A stretch of 63,886 nucleotides of DNA, filler included, from Reticulomyxa filosa (GCA_000512085.1; 20 parts of 20 records of this genome joined end to end with filler, not necessarily neighbours in it); one strand, 5' to 3'. Shown: positions 38,001 through 51,766, numbered from the whole stretch's first letter. The notes: a model not told the origin generated them from the letters alone. Program-made: numbers and translations.

Positions 38001-38252
38001 CAAGTTTGGCAGACTTGGCGGAAAGACTCCGAATTTGTACAAACACTCCAAATTCTATTCAATGACTCCAACTGTCAATGGGGAAATTTGATTGATCAAC
38101 CAATGCGAGTTATCCTCGTTTGGCTGAACAGTTTGCATTGGAGTCGAGATGTTGGAGATGATGTCATCAAAAAAATTGAACACAGGTTAATTATTGATGA
38201 TATTGTGTGCCATGTCATAGATAATGTAATTGCAATTTGTCTCAAAAAATGA
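35093..38252 (+). CDS. Gemin5-like WD40 + charged linker + TPR-like helical protein (5' truncated, multi-exon)
   Basis: Last WD40 blades ISWHPF...ACFD...QVYD...FHSGRVNTVIWSRFHPFILYTGGQD, then an E/K-rich linker, then the helical block LGRKQWMKTM...LYLSLG...CIDMY...YSEAVMIA...IAKCH. Confidence 0.55.
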
Positions 38253-38711
38253 GTAAAAAATCATACAACTTACTTATTTTTTTGCCTCCAAATTCACAAG
38301 GATTTAATTGTCCAACTTGATTTTTAACGATAAAGTACTTAGAATTTACTAGCAACATCTTTTATACTCAATGCATTTTGAATAAAGTTCGCATGGATTT
38401 ATGCAACCGCAGCGCTCAGTCAAAACGATTTTCATAGCAATTACATTTCTTTAATATTTTGAAACTTTTATGCGTTTGAAGATATGACATTGAGCTAAAG
38501 TAAGAACAAAAACACGTTTTTACACTTTTAAAAAAGTACATGTAAGCTTGAACAATGCTATTTCAACAAGTTTAATGTATTTTCAAGTCAAATTAATATT
38601 TTTTCAAGGGGATGACTTTTTACATAACCGGCAAAGGGCAAAACGTGCTAAAAAAAGCAACCTCTAAAAGAGGGAGAAAAATATAAGAAAAAATAAGCCA
38701 AATATCACAAC

Positions 38712-39203
38712 ATGACATCATTTTTTAAGAAAATCAAAGGAACGAATACAGACGAACCATCAGGAACAGCAAGCACTGTAGAATCTACATCAACGGACAA
38801 CCCGTCCTCAGTGTCTGATGACTCAGCCGAAACCAAGCGGAGACAAGCGAGACAAGCAAGGACACGCGAGCAAGCAAAGACGAGACCTCCACAGCATCAG
38901 GCGCCAGCAGCACCGGCAGCGAAACACTCCAAAAAGTGAGTGGCAGCGTTGATTGTGACGACATGATCAAGCGATTGACAGAAGCAAAGAATAACAAGCC
39001 CGGGAAGGAGGTGGACACGCTGCAAGAAAGTGAAATTGAGAAACTGGCAATGCAAGTGCGAGAAATCTTTTTGCAGCAGCCCATGCTTTTGGCCGTGGAA
39101 GCCCCGGTCAAAATTGTTGGAGACGTACACGGACAGTTTATCGACTTGTTACGGTTGTTCGAATTAGGGGGCGCACCTCCAGCTGCCAATTATATTTTCT
39201 TGG
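38712..39203 (+). CDS. Ser/Thr protein phosphatase 1 catalytic subunit, first exon with N-terminal extension (A-run shift ~38931-38935)
   Basis: [49 protein letters not shown] (GDxHG motif, PP1-type N-terminus), followed by a GT donor. Confidence 0.9.
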
Positions 39204-39227
39204 GTATTTATGTACAGATTTTTTTCT

Positions 39228-39258
<31 letters not shown>

Positions 39259-40312
39259 NNNNNNNNNNNNNNNNNNNNNNNNNNNNNNNNNNNNNNNNNN
39301 NNTTAATTAATTAANNNNNNNNNNNNNNNNNNNNNNNNNNNNNNNNNNNNNNNNNNNNACGCACCATAAAACTCATTATAATTTTTTAACTTTAAAAAAA
39401 AAGTTTTTGGAAAGAAATGTTCTTTTTTTTTTCTTATCCCTCTCCCTTTCCTCCTGCTCTCCTTTTTGTAAGGAAATCAATGCATTGACTTGTTTTACAC
39501 AGCTCGCACATCACGACAGCTACTGATACAAGAAATGTAGAGAAGGTCTTTAACGATGTTCAACAAAGTGTTGTGAATTGGAGTTTGAGAAATGCTGGAT
39601 TGGTTGAATAGAATGAGATGCTCTTTTCTTTTTTCTTTTTTTGTTGCTTGCTTTGTTTGTCATGTCTTTGTCTTTTTTTTACTGTTTGCCTCTTGTTGAA
39701 CATACACCATTGAAAATAGTAAACTCTTTGAAGGAAATAAACACAAAAAAAAAAAAAAAAGCAATTTGAAGATAAAATGCTCGTTCTTGGGAATTGGATA
39801 ATTTGTTGTTTGGCAGTGTTGCTTTGGTTGGGGCCTATAGTTTGCACAACAAAAAAAAAAAAAACAACTTTCGCTAGCAAGAGCATTATTTTTTTATTTT
39901 TTCCCCCTTGTATGTAAGAGATTATAAAGAAAAATCATCGAACTGGTGAGATTTGTGCACTTCAAAATTTGTGCAAAAGTTGTAAATTGGCCATTGTCAG
40001 ATCATAGCAAAAAAGAACAAGATGCTGTAAATTAGCCTAAATGGTAAATTTTTTTCTCGAAAAAAAAATGAAGAGGGGATGAAAAAATCAGCATCATTGG
40101 CGAATACCCTTTTCCCAAGGAAAAATTAAAAAAAGGAATCGTATTCAGCAGTAGGTGATTTTTTTTTGTCGAAGGGGATACGTCAATTTCGATAATCAAC
40201 AAAAGAGAAACTCAAAAATATATTAGCAGACAAGGATGTTTGGAGTAGGCTTTTTGCAGCCAAAATGTGAAGAAGTAGAAAAAACATTCAAACATTTGAC
40301 GACATTGCGTAC

Positions 40313-40923
40313 ATGGTGTTGAAACTGAACAGTGAGCTGACAGAAGTAAAAGTATCGAAAACATCACCAATGAAAAAGTACGAAAACCGACAGTTGAAGA
40401 GAACACACATAAAGATAATGCATCACTGGTGGCAACAAGAAACAAAAACGAAACAATCAAAGCTCTTTTTGCACAAAGACGTATTAAACGTGATATGTTT
40501 GTTTTCGAGTGACTACGATTGCTTGGACGATTTTGTGAAAGACATGTCCACGCCAAATGTGACCGAGTCCTCACTCGGTGTCGTGAAACATGGCAACAAC
40601 GTCATTTATGTGTTGTACAACCCCGAAATGGCCAGTGTGCGTTCCAAAATGACATATGCATCTACGAAGATGCATTTGTTGAAACTGTTGCGAGCAATTT
40701 CAGGGTTGACTATAGCTTGGATTGCAGTGGCAATGAAACCATGTCCAGAGACCACATTGTCGCGACTTTGAGAACATCGTACCGTCTTCCCGATGTTAGC
40801 TCTAAAAAAATTAAAGCCATCGATGAAAGAAAAAGACTTGAAAATTTTATCAAGTCGCACAAGGTAAAACAGCAAGAACAGCAACAAGCCCAACTACAAC
40901 AAGAACAACAATCTCCTCCTTGA
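40313..40923 (+). CDS. ADF/cofilin-homology domain protein (start uncertain; shift ~40697)
   Basis: YMVLKL...LDDFV...VIYVLYNPEMASVRSKMTYASTK matches the ADF-H motif PxxAxVRxKMxYASxK. Confidence 0.75.
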
Positions 40924-42344
40924 TATTGTCTCAATTCCTCGTTTTTTGTGTATGCATTGGAGTAAGGATTGTTTTTTTTCAACTCAAGGGGGGTGACCTT
41001 TTTCTTGTAACATAAACAACTTCAGTTGAAACTTTATACGTCATTGATTTTTTTGCTCAAAAAATAAAATGAAGCAAATGTCAAAAGCATCTAGTTCAAA
41101 GACTTTAAGAATAATCAAGTTTAAACTTTTTTGCAAAAAATAATGTGACTAATATTATCACTGATTATATGGACTAAAGTTGCGACTGCTGTAATAGTGA
41201 TTTTGATTGAATTCATTGTCATGGTCATAGTGGTCATGAATATCTCGTATAATATTAGTTTCTAAAAAAAAATAATAACATTGAAATATTTGAACAAATA
41301 ATATAAAGGTATTTTTTTTTCTTAACTGGTACGTGGTACTAATAATATTAACATACTACAAAATACTGCCAAAAATATAATGTAAGGGATTAATAATGCT
41401 GCTTTTTCGTAATCAAGATTAGCTGAATATAATAACGAAGGATTGCTTAAACTTAGAACAAATAGGATTAAAATGTACTGTCAGGCACTTGAACATTGAC
41501 ATTTAACTGCCATTTGACGTAAATGGTCAATGAATGTTGTTTTTCTTTGCATTATGATTAAATGAAGAAGAATTCAAGGGAAGTACATGTCAAACATTTT
41601 TTTTTAAGTTATAAAATTTTCATTTGATTTTTGGAAAATTATAAAAAAACGATTTGATTTTCATTCATTTATATTTTGATTTTCAAAGTTTCTTTAAATT
41701 ATATAATGATAATATGAACAGAAAAATAAAATAAATGATTACTTTTTTTTATTGATATTAAATTAAGTGTGATTCTGTTTTATGCAAGTGTTGTTGGAAT
41801 TCTGCAATTTTAATAAATATTTTTCATTTTCACGTTGTTCAAATATATAACAAAAGTTTTTCTCAAAAAAAATGTTAATATTTACAATAACTGTGAGCAA
41901 ATATCAAGAAATTAATTTATTAATTTATCACAATATATTTAACAAAGCTCGAAAACAGTTGTTCAACTTTGAGTTTGAAAACAGTTTGTTATATGAATAC
42001 CAAATAAAAAATATGATTAAATATATCTCTTTTAAACTTTAAATATATTTATTTAAATTGTTAAACTTAAAGAGTCAAATTTTTACATATAATGACAAGT
42101 TGTTATATCTGAATAATCTTTCAATTGAAAAGAATTGCATAACATATAATATATAGAAATATACATACACTGCATACAAGCTAGTTTATGTTTCAATTCA
42201 ACACCTCCAGAAAAGGATACTTACTTTTTTTAATAAGAAAATTCACTCTATTTAATAAAAAAAATTGAAATTTTTTTGGTGAAAGAAATTTTATTTAAGA
42301 ACTTGTGTGTTTGAAAAAAATTAGGTTCAGACGTTTGTTTTCAG

Positions 42345-42654
42345 AAAATCTATCAGGTCACTTGGCATAAGACCAGTTTTCTATTTGGCTTTTATCAAAC
42401 GAGAGTACACATCAGATTGCAATTGCGAAGGAGAAGAGGAAACAGTGGAGCACTTCCTGATTGAATGCCCATATTATGAAGGGCTCAGAGATGTATGGAG
42501 TGCAGCAATCAAGACATTGTTGCCGCATTTTCAATTTGAGACATCGAATCTGCAGAGTTTGGTGATCGGTGACAAGATATGGGATCCTAATATAATAATA
42601 AAAGTTGTCAAGGAACTTGCAAAGTTCATTGTGATAACGGGAAGAAAGATTTAA
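42345..42654 (+). mobile_element. 5'-truncated non-LTR retrotransposon (ORF2 C-terminal CCHC finger)
   Basis: Decayed SGH motif, then DCNCEGEEETVEHFLIECPYYEGLR, typical of I/Tad1-like LINE ORF2 C-termini. No RT upstream in the contig. Confidence 0.75.
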
Positions 42655-43654
42655 ATTCAACTTAAAATTTATGTTCTGACAACTATTCAATTTTTTTTAT
42701 AATATTACCAACTTTGTTGTTTTTATTGTAATTTAAACCTTTTTCTTTTTGCAATGCTTCTTCCTTTTTTTAAAGGGAAGTAAAACTACGCGAAATTTTT
42801 TTGTTGAAATAATATCGAATATTTATGTTCTCAAATTATGGACACACACAAAATTCTGTCTACTTTTTTTTTCTTTTTTTATGTGAGTCCAGTTTTTTGA
42901 AGATTCTAAAAGATTCTTTCATAGTTTTGGTTTTAATGCGAAAGAGGATTGCAAATTGAGATTGTGTGTATACGTCTCATAAAAGAAATGTACAAGTTGG
43001 ATATTTCTGTGCGAGTCAGTCAGATCCAAAGGAAAAAAAAATTGCAATACAATGTCTGAAATAAGATGACAACGCATTTTGAATGCAAAAGTCGGCAATC
43101 ACAGCAAATATTAATATGTCGTTCTCATTATTCACTAATGCAGTGTGAAATATTTCGTTAATGTATTTGTCTTATAATAGCCACTTTCAAAAGAATTTAG
43201 ATTAAAAAAATAGTATGAAAAAATGACAGAATTGCAATCTTTATCAATCACCAGTAAATTGATAACTTCGCATTCTCTTGTTTCAACATTTATTAATCTG
43301 CCATACGGCATACTCCTGAAGATATTTGGTTTTGTAAACCGTTCTTCATTTTGAAGAAAGACAGTGGTGAAGATTGAGCTGAGACATTTGGGTGACAACA
43401 ATCTTGTTATTCAATATCACCGCTTTTTGGATGTTTGTTGTTTGTTTTTTTAAAAAATAAACAATGGACTCCTCCATGATCGCAAGAGACTCCGATTAAT
43501 TAAAAAATAAAGTACTTGTATTTTACTTTTTTACCAAAAGCAGGATTTCCAATCCTTTCTTCTTCCACAGTGGAGGAATTAGTTACATATAATATATCAA
43601 TGGAATTTTTTTTTAGTTATATTAGTTTTTTTATTAATTTCAGCATTTGTATTT

Positions 43655-44920
43655 TATGGACATCTTCAATCCAAATGTGAATACATACTTATAACTTCAA
43701 ACAGAACTGTGCAAAATTCCCCAAGGGGACAGAATTAAAAACTATTTAAAATGTTTACTTTTCAAAGCTAAAGCAACCCAATGCATTATAGCAAAATATG
43801 TTTAAACAAAAATTTTCAAAACAGCTACTACTTTGAAACAAGAGATTTGTAATACGTTTGATTCGGTGGAATATTTTTTACAACATTATTCAAATTTTTT
43901 CAAAACCAACTCAATTCTTTGGATTTTACAGAAAGCGCAAAGTCAGAAAGTAGTGACAACACAAAAATCATTGAAAAAGTGGAAATAATCATTAATCGCT
44001 TGTACAAAGTCAAGAAACTGGAAAAAAGTACAATATTTACATATTTTAATGAAGACATAACCATTGCGAATCAAAATTGTTGTGGTAAGTGCCTTGAGTT
44101 GGCAGTGTGTTTAATGACATTAAAAACACATTGTTTTGCTAATTGAACGATTTGGACAGAACAATGTTGATGAAAGTACTTCTGATGAAGAAAATGACGC
44201 GGTTTGATTGGAATAACCAAACTAGACTATTTGGAATGGATGAAAAAGCTAACAATTCGCAATGCCATTTGTGGACAAGATATGCAAAAAAACTGAAACA
44301 AATTTAAAGATATTGTGGAGAAGTACAAACAAATCAAACCGAGTGGCTTCCAATAATATATATTTATCGGCACTACAGAAAACTTTATACTGGACTGAAC
44401 AAGTCATGGAAACGACTGCAATTTATCAAAGATACATGTAACTAAATTGAAAATATGTTAGAATGTAATTATAAATAATTGAAGATGCGAAAGTAGATAA
44501 ATCAAAAGCAATTCTTCGATTCGACTTTGCCAATCGGTGTTAAAGATATTACACGAACACGTGCAAATAATACTGTTAAAAAAAATACACAGTGTAGTTA
44601 ATATCAAGAATAAACAGTGAGTGGGTTGGCACTGTTATTGGAGCAATCAAAAAATATAAAAATATAATACAAATTTGCAACTTATGTAATATTTAGTAAA
44701 TCAAACGGATTTCATTCAATGCAGAATATGGTTTAGATTGAATCAATTTGTAAATGAATGTCCAGAAGCATTTATGCAAGTATTGTCAACGAAAGAACAA
44801 CAAGTCAGAAGATTGTTTTTACGAAAAAAGTTTAACAATCACAGATATGTTCTATGTCGTAGAAATCATGCAAGTGATTCTATTATGAGTACAATCCAAG
44901 AAGTTAGGCAAAAAATTTAA
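43655..44920 (+). pseudogene. Heavily decayed coding remnant, family unknown
   Basis: Short protein-like plus-strand pieces (43919-44146, 44738-44920) amid many stops. Confidence 0.25.
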
Positions 44921-45814
44921 ATTTTTCAAGACAAGAGAAAGTAGTAACATTGAAAAGAGAACAAAAAGTAATAGAAAATGCAAAACAAAAAAAAAATGAT
45001 AATGTCACAGTAATACACATAAACCACAACTTTCTATATAAAATAAGTCACAAAGACAAAGATCTATAACCACAAAAACTCGATTAGTGGGAGAGAAAAT
45101 TGTAACAACAAGTTACAACTCCTATAATTGTTGCTGCGACCGTATAATTGTTGAAGCAGTTCATTCGGTGTCAAAAAGAAGTATAAAAAATTAGAAAAGT
45201 TGATTCTTGAAATATGATAAATGATTGAATTAACTATATTTTAAAACAATATTAAATGTGTTTACTCAAAAGCACAGCCGCTGTAGATAATGTCTAACAA
45301 AAAAAATCAAAACAAATAGAAATAAATCTTGGACATCACAAAAAACAATACTAATAAAAAAATTTTCTGTGTGTTGATAACAAATAAAGTTATAATTTAA
45401 TTTGAAAATCAAAATTAACAACAACAGTAAATAAAAATAACTATAAAAAAGTTGAAACAAGGCAGTCGAACAAATGTAAATTGAAAAGCAAATTACAAAT
45501 GATAATAATAAAAATGGTTAGCTCCATTTCAACAACCAGTAATACTAAAAAAATGACAAAATATAAATGTGTGTCATAAAAAAATTACTATACTATCAAC
45601 TTCATCTTTTAACACAACAATGATATAAGTTTCTTCTTGAAAAAAATATTGCTGTTTCAAAAAAATACGCAAAACAAACAAAAATTTCAAATTACAAATG
45701 TGCTGCTAAAAAACNNNNNNNNNNNNNNNNNNNNNNNNNNNNNNNNNNNNNNNNNNNNTTAATTAATTAANNNNNNNNNNNNNNNNNNNNNNNNNNNNNN
45801 NNNNNNNNNNNNNN

Positions 45815-45858
45815 ATGATATCGTTTTAGGCTTTCAGTTTTCTTTGCAACATACTGTA
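45815..45858 (+). mobile_element. Tc1-like TIR end
   Basis: Matches 30375-30413; ends actg|TA; located at a contig start. Confidence 0.6.
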
Positions 45859-45967
45859 CTAAATATAAATAACATTCAGACATAATTTCTTTTAAAAAAT
45901 ATCTACAGCTCGTGTATTTAGCAAATATTTAATAAAAAATAAAAATAATATTTAAAAAAAACATTAT

Positions 45968-46073
45968 TTACATATTTTTTTAAAAATTATGTATAATGTT
46001 GTTTTTCATGAATAAAATAAATCATATATAATATAACGTTTTATGTGTCAACTTTACTTTGCATTCTAATGTA
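45968..46073 (+). mobile_element. Tc1-like TIR, degenerate copy
   Basis: cgttttatgtgtcaactttactttgcattctaatgta matches 58425-58460. Confidence 0.65.
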
Positions 46074-46196
46074 TATTTGCAAACATTTCGCTAGTATCGG
46101 ACTAAATTTTACCATTATAAAAAGAATTTAGTAGATATTGAGTTTTTAATTAAATACAATATCACTTTGCAAATGCGAAATGTCTGACTACAAGTA

Positions 46197-46419
46197 TGTA
46201 GTGCAAGTCACTATTATACAATCTCAAATACTAGTGGAACGGTGGGACCCCCGGTAGGTTAAAACATTATTCACAACACAACTCACTTTTGTGTTTTATT
46301 TACTTGTTTTCCTTTATTGTGTTGAGATTGTTTTTGTTAATTTAATTTCCTTTTACTGAATTTGCTTTTTGGAACTAAGTTCCTTTCGTATTACACTTAG
46401 TAGTCTCACTATTCCTACA
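46197..46419 (+). mobile_element. Complete TGTAG...CTACA hairpin element flanked by a 4-bp AGTA direct repeat
   Basis: agta|TGTAG...CTACA|agta; hairpin TAGTG-caagt-CACTA. Confidence 0.75.
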
Positions 46420-48003
46420 AGTACAAAATATATAATGTGAAAAAAATCCGAAAACAATAAAAGTACAATGATAATTTTAAAGAAATATAAAATGTGTTAT
46501 TAATATGATATCAAATAGTCTTAAATAAATATAAAATATTACCGAAATTTGTTTTACAATATGTTGTTATTCAGATTATCACAATATCAACTAAAAAAAA
46601 AGACAGTTCATATATATAATTACGAAACTTCGTTCACAAAACGAATAATAAGTATATATTACACAAGAATCAAATCGTTTATAAGCATTATGAAAAACAT
46701 CAAGTCCTTCGTAACCATTAGATAATGAATCACTAATTCGAAATAATTGAACGAGTCAAACCATCATTTAGAATCTTTGACAGTTTCAGTTTCGTGAAAC
46801 CACTTAAAAAGACAAATCGCGTATTCATACTAAGCTGAGGTCACAAACACGTGGACATTCTTGATATCAGATTTTGCTTGGATGATGCAAAGATTGATGA
46901 ATTTAGTATGTGCAGTACAAAACATTATTGATTATCAACAAAATTTAATTGAACATTAGAACTCCCTTTATTCTAGTCACACCAACTTCATAGTCTTTTG
47001 TCTTGCGTTTTTTTTATTGATTATTCTCTGACATTGTTTTTGTTAAAAGTTGCTAAAGCGCTAAAATCTTTCGTATTACATTTGTGCGATTCTTTTAAGT
47101 ACAATGTAAAAATTTCTCTTGCGAAAAGAATAAAAGAAGAACACGACATACTGTTTTTGAAAGATTGTGCTTATAATATGCACACTTTCAGATAGCAACC
47201 TATAATTTTTTGTTTTGAATTGAACCATTTAAAAGTGTTTTTGCTCAAGAAAAGTGCCAAACAATGTCATTGTTTGCATCTTTATTGTCAACTTATGAGC
47301 GATCAACCAAAACATTAAAAAGAATATAACGTATTTTAGCCAAATTCTCATGAAAAAATCAACCAAGACAAAGCAATTAGTATGGTGTTATCGGTTATTT
47401 TGTGAAACACGCAACAGCCAACAAAACCACTTGCTTTCGTTTTCCTTTCTTTTTTCTTGTTTTCACATCAAATTTTTCATTCCTTTTTGTATGTATGTTT
47501 CTTATGCAAAGTCCACAAAAAAAAAGCAAAACACAACAATTGGCCAAAGAAAAAGAAAACAAAAATCCAAAATAGCAAAAAAAACGTGAACCATGTTACA
47601 TCTGCACACGAACGCACACGCTAATTTGGTAAAAGTACAAAAAAATACACAAAGAGGTAGCTTCTCACACATTTAAGACAAAAGGGATATGAGAGATTGA
47701 CAGATTTGTTTGTACAAACATATACAATTTCATTGAAGTTTGCACAGATAAACACAAGTTGCGTCACAATGGTTCTCACAAATATACTTTCAAAAAAAAA
47801 ACACACACACGACTTTCCGCACTTACTATGCCAGAAAAAAAAAATTAAAAATTATAAAAAAAAAAAGGACTGATATGTAAATGCGCAAAGGTTAAACAAA
47901 GAAAAAAAAAATCAAAATAAAAAAATAAAAGCAAATTGAGAAAACAAGCCCAACCAAAAAAAAAAAATTTAATAAAAACTGGACATAGCAATAACTCTTT
48001 TTT

Positions 48004-51000
48004 TCACTTGTATTGACTATTCATCACATAACAAAAAAAAACAACATTTTTTTTTTGTATTTTGTAAGATTGTTTTGGTGTATTATTACTCAACTTTCCA
48101 GTAATACGTTCAATTTTGTTGATGATATGCTTTCCAAACATTAGTTTACGCAAGTTCGGCACAAGTTCGAATATTCGGTTAATTAACCGGTTTCTTTGTT
48201 GCTGACTTGCCACTTCCAAGATCTTTTGGATGACATAGTTTCCATATTGATCTCTCACCATTTGAACAATCGGAGGCCTGTTGAAGAGAATATTCTAAGA
48301 CTAAATCCTCCAAAAACACTGACAATATTTGGATATAGCACAAAAAAAAAAAAAAACAAAAAAAAGGATAAAATTTCGAAACGATTCGCCTTGAAATCCC
48401 ATGATGTGTTCAATCAAAAAGGTTTTTTCTCTTCTTCGGTCGAATGGGTGAACAATTTCTCAACAACATTGCTTGACACAAACAAAACAAAATCCAAATT
48501 ATTTTTTGTTGTTGTTGGGTTCATTTGTTGATTATTTAATTCAAACGTTACCTGGAAAACTTTTGTCGTGACATCGAAACAATATTAGTGGCAACAATTT
48601 CAATAATAGCACTACGTACTTTGGGCGTTCCGTGTTGTAGCATATGTTGTACAACATAATTTCCGTACTGGTCTTTGCTCAAAGTCGAAACTTGTTTCAA
48701 TATTTCATTCAACAGAGGTTCCTTTTGTTCCAATGTGCATCGCTCAAGCAAGCGTTGGATCACTCGACATCCATAAGGATGGGTACTGAAATCGTACACT
48801 TTGCCATGGAAAGTTTTGACAATAAAATCCAAATGTTCAGGTGATACTTCTTCAATCGCTTTTTGGATGACATGGTTACCATTTTGGTCACGAACACATT
48901 CTTCCACATGTCCATCCAGTTCACTCACCAGTGCAATTCGCAGCTTTTCTTCTACGCATTCCAAAGCTTTTTGAATCACCCGACATCCGTACATTGATTT
49001 AGTCAATGGCAATACTCGCCCAACCAATATCTTAGCCAAAGTGATTTTGTGATTATCTGTGCCATGTTCGAAAAATTTTTGAATGACATAATTGCCAAAT
49101 ACATCTTCGCACAATCCAAGAGCGCACTTTTCAATTTGTTTGAACACTGCTGACTTTTCAGCTAGAGTTGCTGTCTCTAATGCTCTTTGAATGTAACGAG
49201 ACCCGTGCTGATCGCGGGCACACTTTTCGATCAATTCATTCTTTACCAAATCCATCAAAGAAACATTGTCCCGTTCAAACGTGGTGGTCACTTCGGAACT
49301 TTCGTTATGTACTTGCCTGTTATCGCCTTTGGTCATCGATCTCTCGGAGTCATTCATCATGTTGTTTGTTGGGGTCATATTTCGGCCTCGACGTGAGGAG
49401 CGGTTTGTACTTCGTTGTCGTCCATCACCTTGCTTTTGACGTCGTCTTCCCATATTCGACGTCGGTTGACCCTCATTTTCCTGTCCGGATAGCATGCTGT
49501 AATCGCCCATGCCCATCTGCGATGGCGCTCCTTGATCGGACGGTACATACGAGTTCATGTTGTAGAGGTTCGAAGTTTCGTTGGGATACATTCCATTGGC
49601 ATTCACATTAAAATTCATTGGAACATATTGCGACACTGGGATGGTAAATGACTGTTGCATCCAGTACTCGGGCAGATATGACTTGGGCAAGGAAGGCGTT
49701 TCCAAAGCGGACATGTCATTGCTACCAGTGTCATAACTGAGTATTGTCGTCATTGGAAAGCCGGAAACTGTTGGCATGCCGTTCAAAAGCGTATTATTGT
49801 TGATCATGTTGCCTCCGCCATTGTTCAAATTCATTGCTTGTCCCATTGGCAACGTAAACTGCAAACTAGGCCCTGCTGTTGGTGCAGATGTCGGTGATGC
49901 GCCAAGACCACCATCACTGACTTGCGTGTCATCCTTAAAACATTACACAACAACAACAACAGTTGAGGTAACTAATTAATTTTTTGGATTGATTAATTGA
50001 TTGGTTGGTGGATTGATCATTTGATAAGTATAATGATACAATCAAACCAATTACATAAACAATAAATAATAATTTAAAAAAAAAAAATTTACCGGAAAAT
50101 AAGGTACAAAATGAGCGTTTCCTTCAGAAACAGCAGAAACGGCACTTTCTCCACGAATGAGTCCATCTGGAATGGATGGAACACTGCTGAGCGCTTCCAA
50201 AGGTAAAACGTGAGAGGACGTGGTAACCAATGTCGGTATGACTTGGCCCACACCTCCCTGACCTGAACTGACATCCATTTTCAAATCGCTAAACGATTCC
50301 GTCAATGCAGACATCCCCATTTCCAATCGTTTATTGCTTCCAGAGCGCTTGATAGAGTTGATATTATTGATTTCATTTGTGCTGTTCTCCATGTTTCCTC
50401 CTGTGTTTAAGCTTAGCATTTGTTGTTGTGCTTGCTGTGGAAAAATGCTGTTGTAAGCTTTCATTGCATCAGCGATCAAAGGAGTGTGCGTGACATTGGG
50501 CAGCAAGCCACTTTGGCCGTCGGGAAATAATGGTCTGCCTATGACAGGTGTTTGGACGTTGTTCGTTGTGGTCGCAGTTGTAGTAGTATTGTTCGATAAC
50601 ACATTTGAAGCGTTCATTATAGTGCCATTGTTGTTCATCGTAGCCCCCAAATTTAGTTGTCCTGTTGTCCCTGTGATGATGTTGTTGTTCCCCATCTTAT
50701 TTGTCGTCATGTGCGATGACGTTTGGAAGGACGGCATGAGGTTGTTGTTCATTAGCATTGCTGTGTTACTCGTTGATGCTACTGGAGACGTTAATGTCAA
50801 CCCATTCACCAAACTACTGCTCGACAAACTTCCAAGAGCATTTAATGGCACGAAGTTGGGTGACAATCCGCTTGCTATTTTTTTTATTTTTTAATTTATT
50901 TCATTTTATCAATTATTTTTTTCTTTTAAAAAAATTACGTACACTGTTTTTTTGTTTTGATAGGGAGAAAAATAGACCACAAAAAAAAAAATTATAATAA

Positions 51001-51139
51001 AAAGATTACTTCTTTGATCGTCAAATGGAAATAATGTCTGCATTGGTGTTTGTTGACCAATTGGTGTTGCAAGCGTTGGAGTTTGCGGTTGAAGAGTTCC
51101 TGTTAACAGATTTGGAGACGAAATGTTCATTGTATTCAT
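48004..51139 (-). CDS. Pumilio-family (PUF) RNA-binding protein, multi-exon, with a long N/Q/M-rich N-terminus
   Basis: Eight PUF repeats with recognition motifs SRYIQ, NYVIQ, CRVIQ, NHVIQ, CRVIQ, NYVVQ, SNVVE and NYVIQ. Start and end are approximate. Confidence 0.93.
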
Positions 51140-51766
51140 ATCCTTTACTGAGACTGTTTTACCGTTTGCACCTAAACCAACACACGCAATTTCGGATTCT
51201 TAAAAAAAAATGGTTAAAAACTTGTCACGTGTATACAGTTGTGGTGGGAAGTGTTTTTGTTTGTTCTGTTTTCCTCACTCTAGAACTTTTTAATATTTTT
51301 TTGTTTTGCTGTTATTTTTTTTCTGGAAATGGAAATATTTTTCTTGGAAAAACAATGCATAACTTATCATTGATCTCTAAAGTTTTTTCGTGACGAATAA
51401 TACTTTTATCTTCCCACACTTTTACAATGACACTGCAAAAAACGTTCCAACCACCTAAAAAGTTACTTTTTGGACCCTTTTTTAAATAAAGTTTTGTATT
51501 TGCTGAAAAAATAATATTGCATATTATTCTCAACAATCATCACAAGACTTTAAGTAAGCACTAGTGTAGTTCAGAATCGTATTTTTGTTTTTTGCCCTAT
51601 GCCCATTTTCACTGTTGAAAATAGTTGAATTTAAATAGTTTAAAAAAAACCCAATCTCAATCCCAAGGAAATAAATAAATAATAAGCTAACAAAGAATGA
51701 ACACATTAGATTTTTCAGTTTTTGATTGAAAATTACATATTGTAATGTTATGTCAACTTTCAAATG

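Noticed and set aside
976-40923. Widespread programmed ribosomal frameshifting (mucolipin, DSP, cyclin, PP1, cofilin)
   Set aside because: Shifts go in both directions and all fall in A or T runs with no shared slippery-stop motif. Homopolymer sequencing error is the simpler explanation; raw reads would settle it.
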